DNA of 32,000 bases from assembly GCF_000018105.1 (NCBI RefSeq), contig NC_009932.1:90001-122000 (forward strand). The letters run 5' to 3'. A program made the translations under genes and the position numbers. The notes beneath the pieces were generated by a model that was given only the letters and a program-made list of their open reading frames with translations, had not been told where the DNA came from and searched no databases. This document shows positions 1 through 8,189 of the stretch, in pieces; the stretch's first letter is position 1, and each line of letters opens with the position of its first letter. This DNA comes from Acaryochloris marina MBIC11017 (lineage in GTDB: Bacteria; Cyanobacteriota; Cyanobacteriia; Thermosynechococcales; Thermosynechococcaceae).

Positions 1-174
1 GTAGCTCAGCGAACCCAGTCAGCGGAGAAAGTGAAGCTGTATGAGGACCGGGTATTGTCCAGGGCACAACATGAACTGAATCGAGAGAAGGTAGAACATC
101 GTCGATCTCAGCAAACGGATCAGTCCCAGAAGCAGAGTCAAAGGCAGTCTCAGTCACAGGATTTGGGGTTGTAA
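1..174 (+). CDS. 3' end of an ORF truncated by the window edge; Q/S/R-rich C-terminus, function unknown
   Basis: Frame 1 is open from base 1 to TAA at 172-174 (...KVKLYEDRVLSRAQHELNREKVEHRRSQQTDQSQKQSQRQSQSQDLGL*). There is no start in the window and no other support for coding. Confidence 0.3.
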   Translation, partial: VAQRTQSAEKVKLYEDRVLSRAQHELNREKVEHRRSQQTDQSQKQSQRQSQSQDLGL

Positions 175-182
175 AATACCTC

Positions 183-377
183 TTAATTTCCAAATTTACA
201 TGCTTGTGGATTATAAATAGGATGGCATCCGATGGCATGTAATTCGGCATTATGACTTTGCTCAATATTGAGCTTGTCACCGAAAGACTTTTCTGTGATG
301 TTTATTGAATTATTTATAGACATGAAGCCCATAGATAGACTCAACGCACTGGCAAGCCCAACTAAGCAGTATTTCAT
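183..377 (-). CDS. small (64 aa) putative secreted or membrane-anchored peptide with a C-terminal Cys pair; paralog of 446..628
   Basis: The N-terminus MKYCLVGLASALSLSMGF is hydrophobic and signal-like. The C-terminal part has C-x8-C (CHPIYNPQAC). The first ~10 codons are nearly identical to the neighbouring ORF at both DNA and protein level. Confidence 0.5.
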   Translation of the reverse strand: MKYCLVGLASALSLSMGFMSINNSINITEKSFGDKLNIEQSHNAELHAIGCHPIYNPQACKFGN

Positions 378-445
378 GAGGTGTTAATCCTTTGTTATTT
401 AAGTAACGGCAAATTCAAAGAAGGAAATATCTTGATTCACAGCAA

Positions 446-628
446 TTATGGGTAAGGATCACAAGGGAAAAAAGTACAGATAAATGCAACCTGATTAATG
501 TCTTGCGGATAATCAAATTTAAATGTTCTTTCGTCAGATTCTCTAGCTATTTCACTGGTGAAATTTATTGCTGTTAAACCTAGAGAAAGTCCAATAGTGC
601 TTGCAAGGCCAATTAAGCAATATTTCAT
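446..628 (-). CDS. small (60 aa) putative secreted or membrane-anchored peptide with a C-terminal Cys pair; paralog of 183..377
   Basis: The N-terminus MKYCLIGLASTIGLSLGL is conserved with the neighbour. The C-terminal part has C-x4-C (CTFFPC). The two genes are tandem and in the same orientation. Confidence 0.5.
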   Translation of the reverse strand: MKYCLIGLASTIGLSLGLTAINFTSEIARESDERTFKFDYPQDINQVAFICTFFPCDPYP

Positions 629-835
629 GAGATTAAAACTCTAAAACGATTTAGAAAAACGGTATCACTGCATCTAGAAAAATCATCAATATTTTACGTT
701 TATTGATACTAGCAACTTATATGAATTTCGATTGCCTATTTTTCTCTCTGCCCCAGAAAATTCTTTGATTTAGGTCTACGATCTCTCACCATCAGCACGA
801 TAGATAACAGTCTTCAAACCCAATCCTCACATAAC

Positions 836-899
836 GATTTGTCCCTCACAGGTCATCTTGCCTATGTTTCATAGGTAAACCTCGCGAGGGTTTGAAATG
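836..899 (+). promoter_or_regulatory. conserved leader/operator-like block upstream of ORF 897 (copy 1; copy 2 at 10938..11001)
   Basis: An ungapped alignment with 10938-11001 ends at the ATG in both copies. Hand count gives 36/48 identities over the first 48 nt. The block contains the inverted repeat CCTAT-gtttc-ATAGG (861-875) and possible -35/-10 hexamers TTGTCC / TATGTT. Confidence 0.5.
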
Positions 900-2420
900 T
901 CTACCTTCAAAGACCTATACAACACAGCGAAGGAGGCCGAGGATGTCGCCTTTGCCGTGTCCCCGATCCCCCTTGGATTCATCAAGAGTGGGATTCAAAA
1001 TGTGGGGGTGCCATTAGTCGTAGCGGCTGCGGCCACCCATACCCCCTTTGTTGCTCCCCTAGCAGGCACAGCAATCAAGTGGGGGAGTGATGCCTTCCAG
1101 TCTGGCACCCATTCTCTGGCCCAACAAGCCATGAGCAACTTTGGGGAATCCGTGATGTCTGGCCTGCCAGCCTTTGGCGGGATTCAAACCAGCTTTAATT
1201 GGATTTCATCAGAATCTTCTCAGGTGATATTGGCAGGCCAGGATATGGTCACCCATGCCGTGGGATCTGTGGGTACTTCTCTGATGTTGGGCCGCACAGT
1301 GGCGAATTCTGCCGTCGTTGCCTTTCAGAAGATTCGACCCATGACCATCAATGAAATACTCGCCAATGGTCAACAGGCATTAGAGCGCTCTCAAGAATTT
1401 CTCACCAGTGTCGCCAGTCATATCCGTCAAATCGGCATCCATGCTGAATTATTTGTAGAACAGGAGTTTGCAAAATTGTCTAACAGCGAAGAACAGACTA
1501 CCCAGGTTCAGCCCACTGAATCTCCAGAGCAAGCAACCGTCTTGGCTATGGATAAAACTCAAGTCGAAGCAGAACCCCAACTCAAAGCTGCGGCTCAAGT
1601 CGAGTCAAACGGCACCCAGCCTGAGATCAACGTTCAGCCCTCAGAGAATGGCAATGGTCAATCAGAGCGAGGGACACAGGCCAATATCTTTGAGGCGGCA
1701 GTGGAGACGGCTGCTAATATGGTCAATCCGATTCGTTCTGAATCTTCTCAAGAAGCAGAAGATTATGTATTGGGTTTAGTGGACAAGTTAGCCGCTGGCA
1801 ATATGAACGTGGATCGGCTGTATATCAAGATGGATGGCATTGATATCTTCAAAATGAAGAACGGTGCCCCAGATCCATCCACCTCGATCACGGACTCTCA
1901 ACGAGATGCCTTGCAGCAAGCCTTGGAAGACCCCGCAGCCTTTGGGGGGAATCTGGTGATTAAGCAGGGGAATAAAGTCTTACTGAATATCAAAAAGGGT
2001 CGGATACTGCATAACCCGATGGGTTTAGCCAAGCAATCTTTGAGCGCTGAAATGGAAACGAAGGAACACCTTCAACAGCAGCAGCCAGAGGCCAAACAAG
2101 CCACAGTTCCGAATAATCCAGCCGAGGGTCTGTGGTCCAAGTATGGAGCCAATGTTTCACCTGGCTTGAAAGGAGTCAAACTAGCCGCTGATAACGCCTT
2201 AAAAGATGGAATTAAGCCCAAAGAAGTGCGGGCGATGTTGGGTCAATCCGCTCACTTCAAAGGTCTCACGGCAGACAAAGGAGCCTCGGTTGCAGAAAAA
2301 GTGATTGCCCGCACGGTGAAGACAGCTCAGGCTAGGGTTGCCCAGCAACAGCGACCCAAGCAGAAAGTACAGCAGAAGGAGGAGCAAAAACAGGCAGCAG
2401 TGATGGCACCGGGCCTCTAA
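897..2420 (+). CDS. hypothetical protein, 507 aa: Gly/Ala-rich hydrophobic N-terminal third, acidic Q/E/P-rich middle, basic Q/K-rich tail
   Basis: Long uninterrupted ORF with GAGGG 8-12 nt upstream of the ATG. The nested alternative-frame ORF has a non-protein-like composition. I recognise no family motif. Confidence 0.7.
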   Translation: MSTFKDLYNTAKEAEDVAFAVSPIPLGFIKSGIQNVGVPLVVAAAATHTPFVAPLAGTAIKWGSDAFQSGTHSLAQQAMSNFGESVMSGLPAFGGIQTSFNWISSESSQVILAGQDMVTHAVGSVGTSLMLGRTVANSAVVAFQKIRPMTINEILANGQQALERSQEFLTSVASHIRQIGIHAELFVEQEFAKLSNSEEQTTQVQPTESPEQATVLAMDKTQVEAEPQLKAAAQVESNGTQPEINVQPSENGNGQSERGTQANIFEAAVETAANMVNPIRSESSQEAEDYVLGLVDKLAAGNMNVDRLYIKMDGIDIFKMKNGAPDPSTSITDSQRDALQQALEDPAAFGGNLVIKQGNKVLLNIKKGRILHNPMGLAKQSLSAEMETKEHLQQQQPEAKQATVPNNPAEGLWSKYGANVSPGLKGVKLAADNALKDGIKPKEVRAMLGQSAHFKGLTADKGASVAEKVIARTVKTAQARVAQQQRPKQKVQQKEEQKQAAVMAPGL

Positions 2421-2447
2421 TTAAGTGCCGTTGGCAAGCCTTTGAAT

Positions 2448-2483
2448 CTCTTGATCGAACAGCGATTGAGAGGTTTCTTTTTG
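2448..2483 (+). terminator. intrinsic terminator candidate after ORF 897..2420
   Basis: A 10-bp stem, CTCTTGATCG (2448-2457) with CGATTGAGAG (2463-2472), includes two G.U pairs. The loop is AACAG and the stem is followed by GTTTCTTTTTG. Confidence 0.5.
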
Positions 2484-2663
2484 CAATAAAAAGTATTACT
2501 TGAAGGAGTTGTAGGTGCTTTGCCGTAAAGATGTTTGTACTTCGACCACAAAGCTAAAACCAGATCTTAAAATCAAGATTGCTGCACATCTTAAAAAAAC
2601 ATAAAAATAAGATGTATAGCAATCAATGTATAAGCACCAATAGTATTAAGCGATTTTACTGCG

Positions 2664-2900
2664 ATGTCACCTCCTCTTCTCCGTCAACTCTGGCAAATGA
2701 TTGAAGAAATACCCCAGCACTCCCTGGAGAAGCTTGATGACTCAGGTTTGGTGGGATGGGTGTTGTCTCACCTAGAACAACACAAAAGTCTGCAAACAGA
2801 CGAACGAAAAGCTGCTGAGGACTATCTATATGACCACATACTGCTGATTCGCGATATTGCTGAATCGCACCAACTCCATCACTGCCCTCTCGCAGGCTGA
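2664..2900 (+). CDS. hypothetical protein, 78 aa
   Basis: ORF with a protein-like composition. No motif recognised and no clear SD sequence. Confidence 0.35.
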   Translation: MSPPLLRQLWQMIEEIPQHSLEKLDDSGLVGWVLSHLEQHKSLQTDERKAAEDYLYDHILLIRDIAESHQLHHCPLAG

Positions 2901-2904
2901 TGTA

Positions 2905-3078
2905 CTAGAAATGGATGGGGTGAAGGAGCAAGGTACATAACACTCCATCTACGCAAAACCGCCAGCGAATAAAACCGTAGAGACTCATAAACAGCCCTGA
3001 AAGGATAACAAACAAGATAGCAAAGAACCAAGTCAGTCTAGATATTTGATGGATCAGATCAGTTGTTTTGGTCACCAT
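2905..3078 (-). CDS. possible small membrane protein, 57 aa (below the ORF-track cutoff)
   Basis: Hand translation gives MVTKTTDLIHQISRLTWFFAILFVILSGLFMSLYGFIRWRFCVDGVLCTLLLHPIHF*, with one clear hydrophobic helix. It is convergent with 2664..2900. Confidence 0.25.
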   Translation of the reverse strand: MVTKTTDLIHQISRLTWFFAILFVILSGLFMSLYGFIRWRFCVDGVLCTLLLHPIHF

Positions 3079-3460
3079 TCACACGATATAGATTATTGCC
3101 TGGAGAATGCTAGCAACAGAAAAGAGCAAAACTAGCCATCTCTTTCAACGGCACAGCCTACTCAAGCGATTCGTTAAAGGAGAATTAGGTAACGAGTCGT
3201 AAATTAAGTACTAGCATTTATCTTGAATTCTTCTGCTTATTCCTAGCCTAAAAAAGGCATAAGAAAGTGCTGGAAAACTAAAGCGTCAATTATTGAAAGT
3301 AGGCCACTACAAGTTTAAATTGACATTAGTAAAACAGCTAGGTGCATAAAAATCTAATTATGAAAATAGTGTACAGCTAGTTCTTAACAAACTATAACTA
3401 AGTTAACTTTGTTTTCATAATATGTTGAATGCAAAGCGAGAAGTGCAGCAAGCTCATGAT

Positions 3461-3871
3461 TTATTTCAATGCAGCTAACACTTTTTCATTGGTAATTCCC
3501 TTTTCAGTGGCTAGGAATTGGAAAAACTTCTTGAGTGCTACTCGTAAATCACTTTCGGTTGAAGAATCCCAGACCTTACGTTTGTACCACTTCCTGAAAT
3601 GGCTATTGACCATGCCTTTAGTGATTTCGTCTATGGCTTCGACATCGGTATAGCCACAAATGAAGTGAATGAACAGCTCGACAATGTTGGTGTGTTTTCT
3701 AACGGTTTTCTTAGAGTACTTTTGAGAGAGGAAGCCAGCAAAGTCTCGATTGAGCTGTTCAAGGGACTTTCTAAAAGGTGCTCTGGCTTCTTCTGCGGCT
3801 TGCATGGCTTCCAGATATTCATTCATTTGATTCGCTGGGATGACCACTTTGCCAGTGTAGACTTTTGCCAT
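3461..3871 (-). CDS. stand-alone protein resembling the N-terminal SAM-like / core-binding domain of tyrosine recombinases; no catalytic domain
   Basis: The pattern ...SKKTVRKHTNIVELFIHFI...ITKGMVNSHFRKWY...STESDLRVALKKFFQFLATEKGI matches the helical core-binding layout. AGGAGG sits 8 nt upstream of the ATG at 3871 (MAKVYTG...). An upstream in-frame ATG at 3904 lacks an SD sequence. Confidence 0.55.
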   Translation of the reverse strand: MAKVYTGKVVIPANQMNEYLEAMQAAEEARAPFRKSLEQLNRDFAGFLSQKYSKKTVRKHTNIVELFIHFICGYTDVEAIDEITKGMVNSHFRKWYKRKVWDSSTESDLRVALKKFFQFLATEKGITNEKVLAALK

Positions 3872-3993
3872 TTTCCTGTCCTCCTGCGAGTGATCGTGGC
3901 TCATTTATGTGTTGATAACAGCAACTTAAGAGTATTGATAGTTCATTCCCCAATTTAGACTCTAGTAGTACAATAGAACTACTGCTTACAATT

Positions 3994-4022
3994 GCCTGTC
4001 CAGAAAAGAGGCAGGCATTTTT
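3994..4022 (+). terminator. + strand terminator-like hairpin with T-run, in a region where both convincing flanking genes are on the - strand
   Basis: The stem is GCCTGTC (3994-4000) with GGCAGGC (4010-4016). One pair is G.U only in + strand RNA. The loop is CAGAAAAGA, followed by ATTTTT. Confidence 0.35.
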
Positions 4023-4059
4023 CCTGGGCATACACCTACGAGATTGCTCACCTCAAATT

Positions 4060-7000
4060 TTAATACGACTGCCCAATATCAAAATTGATTTGCTCACTCT
4101 GTAATGGCGTGGGCTTTTCTTTGACAATCTGCAACTTGACCCGATTCTGCACCATCTCAGGCATCCGCTGATTGAAGTTAATCGGCTTATCTGAGTCCAT
4201 TAGCTCCTCATAGATGGGTGAGACTTTGTGAATCGCCAATAAATACAGCCGTTTCTGTTCTGGGGTGGCCGCCCGCATATGATCTGACTCTGAGATGAAC
4301 CGATAAGCATCATTGAGTTCCGTATGTTCCTTACAGTAGGCGTAAACCTCCAGGTCAACCCGCTCCTTGGGCATCTCACCTAAGCGTTTCTGGACCCGCT
4401 TGGCAATAGAGTTGTACTGGCCTTTGTAATGACGCTTGACTTCAGCATCTGGGGAAATTGCATTAGCAATGGCGGCATTGTAATAGCGTGGTCCCACCTT
4501 AGCGATCACATCATCCAACCCCTTGCCTAACTTCGGATTCCACGGTGCCAGTTTGCAGACGACCCCCTCAGCTTGTAGCAGTTCAATGGTGCGGACCAAA
4601 TCACGACGCACATTGAAGATGGCCGATAGCTTAGTGTCCTGGTCAAACGCAAAGGTGATTTTTCGTCCCGGCTTAGCTAATGCTTTGCCATATTCCGATA
4701 ACTCTCGCTGGGGTAGGCGATGGTCGAAATCATCTTTGGCTCGATACAAAGCGGTGACCCCCGGTAATCCTACCGTTAGATGTCCCTGACTGAGGGATGC
4801 CCAGGTTTTTTTGAGTCCTTCCGTCAACACAATGGGTAGGTTGTACTGATCGGCCACATACCAAACCCCCTTGGCCCGCTCCTCTGGAGTCGGACTGATG
4901 GCATTACGCTGATAGATCAGCTCTGTAATTTCATCCGGGATATGGGGCAAGAATACCTGCTGGTCAACGCCTTTGGGTGTCTCGTATTTCACTTCCTCAC
5001 CATCAAAGATTCGGGGCGTCTTCGGCTTTACCTGGCAATAGGAAGACGGTTGTGGGTTCCCCTCGATGACGGAGAGTAAATCAGTCCCCCCATAGCCAAT
5101 CCATCCCCCTCCCTCAGCAATACGGGTATAGGCGCGTTCAGGATCATCGACCCATTTGCCATTAACCTTGTGAGTGCCATTGAGCTTTCGCTTCATCTCG
5201 TGGGTGACTTCTTGGCCTGCCCCATATTTCGGTTTGGTAAACTCAGCTCCGAGTAACGCCTCTAGCAAAACGTTGTCTCGGATTGATGGTTCAGAACTCC
5301 CTGCCTCACTTCTCAGATGCTCTGGGGTTAACAAGCTGGGATGAATGCCACTGCTCTTCATCTCGGCCCAGGTGTCCATGTCAAGCTGCCAAGGTTTCTC
5401 CACTCCCGTATAGTCAGGGGTCCAACCTTCATGGGGGTCGAATAGGGTCTCAATCGCATTCTCTTGGGCGTTGGAGGTGGCGACCCACTCTTTCAAGTCT
5501 TCTAGAGATTCTGTAAATACAGAGATATGTTTGGTCCGATGGCGCGAAATACCGACATAGAAAGACTCCCTAGCAGAAGTGGGATTGAGACTGGCAATGT
5601 AGATCGTCTCGGAATTGGTCCCGCCTTGTGCCCGGTAGGTCGTCGTGGCCCAATCATGGTCAATTTGCTGGGGCTTACTGAGATCGAGCTGATGCACTTG
5701 GCCTTTGTTGCCTTGAACCGTAGCAATCCCCTCTTGAATACGGATGCACTCTAAATAGGCATGGGTATAGATCCCTTCCTTTTTATTCGTTGAAGTGAAT
5801 CTGAGCTTATCTCCTACGGCAATATGATTTTGCTTTGCAGTGAAGACTTCAGTTCTTTCATGTTGAGCGGGATTAATCTTGAATTGCCTGCCCCCTGGTG
5901 ACGTAACTCGTAGATGTTGACCTTCAACTGCCAAGACTTTGTAAGGGACATGGGTTTGCAGTTGGGTATAGGTGCGGTGCTTACGATGGAGGACGAGTAA
6001 ATCGCCTTTGCGGTAGTTCTCCGCTCGTTTCTTCTGGACCTTCGTGAGATTGCGATTCTTGAGCTGTGTGAATTCAGTGTTGTTGGTCAGCTTCCCTTCT
6101 TCGATCAGTCGAACTCTGAGTTGATCCGTGAAGGCTTCTCTCTCGGCATTGGTCCCGATCACCACTAAGGTTTTATCTCGTCGGCTTTGGGGTAATGAAA
6201 TGTACTGCTTGACTGCCGCTGAGATTTTAGTGTCAGCATCTTCGACCTCATGGATATGCCCCTGTTTTTCGAGGACATTGAGCGCTTCAATGCCATGTCC
6301 TTCAGCGATGAGCTTTACTGCCGTTTTCTGTTCCTTGTTTTGTTGTCTGATGATTTCACTGAGCTTATGGACAGTGGCCCCGCTATGCATGAGCATTCGG
6401 ACGGGTGCGCCTGCGGCGATGGCTCCATTCTGTCCAGTATCTCCAACAGCCCAGACCCGAGCGCCCACTTTGGTTGCTTTATTCATGACCATCTCAAAGT
6501 CATCAGAGCCAACCATGCCTGATTCATCGAGTATCCAGAGTTGGTTGGATTCCGTCGTGGGTTCACTGACGGCCAGTTGAGCGATAGTTGCGCCTTCCAG
6601 GTCAAAGGATTCAGCAATCTCGTTCTTGGCATTGTGGGTGGCCGCAAAGACTTTGATGACGGTTTCAGGGGGGAGCTGCTGTCGTGCAATTCCTAATGCT
6701 GTGGTCTTGCCCGTACCTGCGAGTCCTTTAAGGATTTGGTACTGATCTGGTGAGCTGAGCAATCGCTTCATCGCTTCAGACTGACCACTATTGAGGATGG
6801 TATGGCTGAAGTCAGCGATAGGATTGAGGGGAGTAACGCTATTATTGCCCTTGAGCCAGTGGTTGATGATGCGGATATCTCGATCCACTGCGGTCTGGGT
6901 GGTGTATCGACCATCCCAGGCAGTAAGTAGATCTGGGTGGTGATCAATCTCCTGGTTTAGGGGCTTTTCATCAAAGCTGCGGAGGTGAGAAAAGACGAAG

Positions 7001-7989
7001 CGCTGAATGTCTTCAAGGCTAAAGCTGGACTGGCGTTCTGCTAGATGGCCGATAGCAGCGTCAAGTAATTCTCTGGGTGTTTCAGTGCTTTTTGGGGTGA
7101 TCGGGTGGTTGGCGGGAGTGAGACCCGTGAAGCCAACTGCTTCCATCTCATGGCCCCATCGCTCCTGCTTCTGTTCTAGACTTTCCGTGATGTTCTTAGC
7201 GATTCGGGTTTCAAAGACGGCTTTCTGTCTGTTCGCTGGAGTATTGCTCCAGCCCTTCTCTTTGAGATAGTCTTCGATTTCCGTAGAGCGCTTACTAAAT
7301 ACTTCAATCTGCTCATCCGTTACACCTGCTAAATCAAACCCCGTGGCCGTCTCCCGGATTTCATAGCCCAATGCTTGGACTTTAAGGGCTAGTTTCTGGT
7401 GGTAGAGGTCACCGAGGACGCCACTATTGCGGAGGGGTTCGTACCATAAGGCCCGATACTCTCCGTCTGGACAGAGAGTGCCATTAAACAGCACAACATG
7501 GGTATGGACATGGGGGTCACCTGCCCTGGATTCATGGTGATTAACCAGAGTGGCAGCGATGTTACCCGTTTTGATGGCTTGGCGCTTTCCATTGGCCTGG
7601 ACTCGTGCCCCGGCATATCGGTTCTCAACAATCACCATCACTTCTTTGACGGCTTCCACATGAGCCTCCCAAAGGCGCTTGTCTCCGTTGGGTCCATGGA
7701 TTGCCATACTCAAAGACTTTCCAGGAACGGTGAATGTGAGGTCATAGGCTAAGCGTTCTTTGCCTTTACCATTGACTTCGCCCCTCATGCGTTGGCCGTT
7801 GGGGAGATCACCGTAGAACATCTTTGTGAAGCGTTCAGCGGAATAAGGTTCATTGGGTGCCATGCTGCCGAACCATTCTGATTCCGTCATTTCTTGAACT
7901 TCTTCATCCTGGCTGTAGTAGCTTTCCTCTTTGGTGTAGTAGCGGGCACCGTCTTTGATGTTGGAGTTGATGGTGGTGATGTCTAGCAT
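4060..7989 (-). CDS. conjugative relaxase, MOBF/TrwC-TraI type, fused to a RecD/TraA-like helicase and a C-terminal Toprim-like (DUF3854-like) domain
   Basis: The N-terminus has paired Tyr motifs (GARYYTKEESYYSQ...EWFG) and the His-triad HHESRAGDPHVHTHVVLFNG. Walker A is GLAGTGKTT and Walker B-like is LWILDESGMV. The C-terminal part has LTEGLKK ... ITFAFDQDT (Toprim Glu and DxD). Confidence 0.93.
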   Translation of the reverse strand: MLDITTINSNIKDGARYYTKEESYYSQDEEVQEMTESEWFGSMAPNEPYSAERFTKMFYGDLPNGQRMRGEVNGKGKERLAYDLTFTVPGKSLSMAIHGPNGDKRLWEAHVEAVKEVMVIVENRYAGARVQANGKRQAIKTGNIAATLVNHHESRAGDPHVHTHVVLFNGTLCPDGEYRALWYEPLRNSGVLGDLYHQKLALKVQALGYEIRETATGFDLAGVTDEQIEVFSKRSTEIEDYLKEKGWSNTPANRQKAVFETRIAKNITESLEQKQERWGHEMEAVGFTGLTPANHPITPKSTETPRELLDAAIGHLAERQSSFSLEDIQRFVFSHLRSFDEKPLNQEIDHHPDLLTAWDGRYTTQTAVDRDIRIINHWLKGNNSVTPLNPIADFSHTILNSGQSEAMKRLLSSPDQYQILKGLAGTGKTTALGIARQQLPPETVIKVFAATHNAKNEIAESFDLEGATIAQLAVSEPTTESNQLWILDESGMVGSDDFEMVMNKATKVGARVWAVGDTGQNGAIAAGAPVRMLMHSGATVHKLSEIIRQQNKEQKTAVKLIAEGHGIEALNVLEKQGHIHEVEDADTKISAAVKQYISLPQSRRDKTLVVIGTNAEREAFTDQLRVRLIEEGKLTNNTEFTQLKNRNLTKVQKKRAENYRKGDLLVLHRKHRTYTQLQTHVPYKVLAVEGQHLRVTSPGGRQFKINPAQHERTEVFTAKQNHIAVGDKLRFTSTNKKEGIYTHAYLECIRIQEGIATVQGNKGQVHQLDLSKPQQIDHDWATTTYRAQGGTNSETIYIASLNPTSARESFYVGISRHRTKHISVFTESLEDLKEWVATSNAQENAIETLFDPHEGWTPDYTGVEKPWQLDMDTWAEMKSSGIHPSLLTPEHLRSEAGSSEPSIRDNVLLEALLGAEFTKPKYGAGQEVTHEMKRKLNGTHKVNGKWVDDPERAYTRIAEGGGWIGYGGTDLLSVIEGNPQPSSYCQVKPKTPRIFDGEEVKYETPKGVDQQVFLPHIPDEITELIYQRNAISPTPEERAKGVWYVADQYNLPIVLTEGLKKTWASLSQGHLTVGLPGVTALYRAKDDFDHRLPQRELSEYGKALAKPGRKITFAFDQDTKLSAIFNVRRDLVRTIELLQAEGVVCKLAPWNPKLGKGLDDVIAKVGPRYYNAAIANAISPDAEVKRHYKGQYNSIAKRVQKRLGEMPKERVDLEVYAYCKEHTELNDAYRFISESDHMRAATPEQKRLYLLAIHKVSPIYEELMDSDKPINFNQRMPEMVQNRVKLQIVKEKPTPLQSEQINFDIGQSY

Positions 7990-8189
7990 TACCCTATTCC
8001 CAGAAATGGAGGTTCCGAGTAGAGGATAGGCAGATTGTTATGTGAGGGCCAAATGCTTGGAAGACATACAATCAACGACTAGCCAGATTGAGTAGTTCGT
8101 CTTTTTGACGAGAGCTATCAGCCCATCCAAGAAGATATTGGCTTAGGGTTATGCTGGTCGATAATGGAAATTTCTTTGGCTGAAAATCG

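Noticed and set aside
3599-3958. 119-aa + strand ORF antisense to the SAM-like gene
   Set aside because: It has no start context and an odd composition, and it fully overlaps a better-supported minus-strand gene that has a strong SD sequence. Only a non-coding antisense RNA is kept as a low-interest idea.
3966-3974. 9-mer GTAGTACAA shared between the palindrome at 3964-3983 and the first 33-bp repeat (10633-10641)
   Set aside because: Exact 9-mer matches are expected many times by chance in 32 kb on two strands, so this is not evidence of a shared operator.
4523-7752. Multiple 74-150 aa ORFs on both strands inside the relaxase gene (e.g. 4523-4789, 6128-6580, 7007-7270, 7389-7631)
   Set aside because: All are nested in or antisense to a 1309-aa ORF with strong family motifs. 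Their compositions are Ser/Arg/Pro/Cys-rich, as expected for off-frame translation.
7990-8189. oriT in the relaxase-kinase divergent intergenic region
   Set aside because: Only short, weak inverted repeats are present (a 5-bp stem TCGTC-TTTTT-GACGA and CCTAT...ATAGG about 28 nt apart). Nothing resembles a convincing hairpin-plus-nic arrangement, so no oriT is called.
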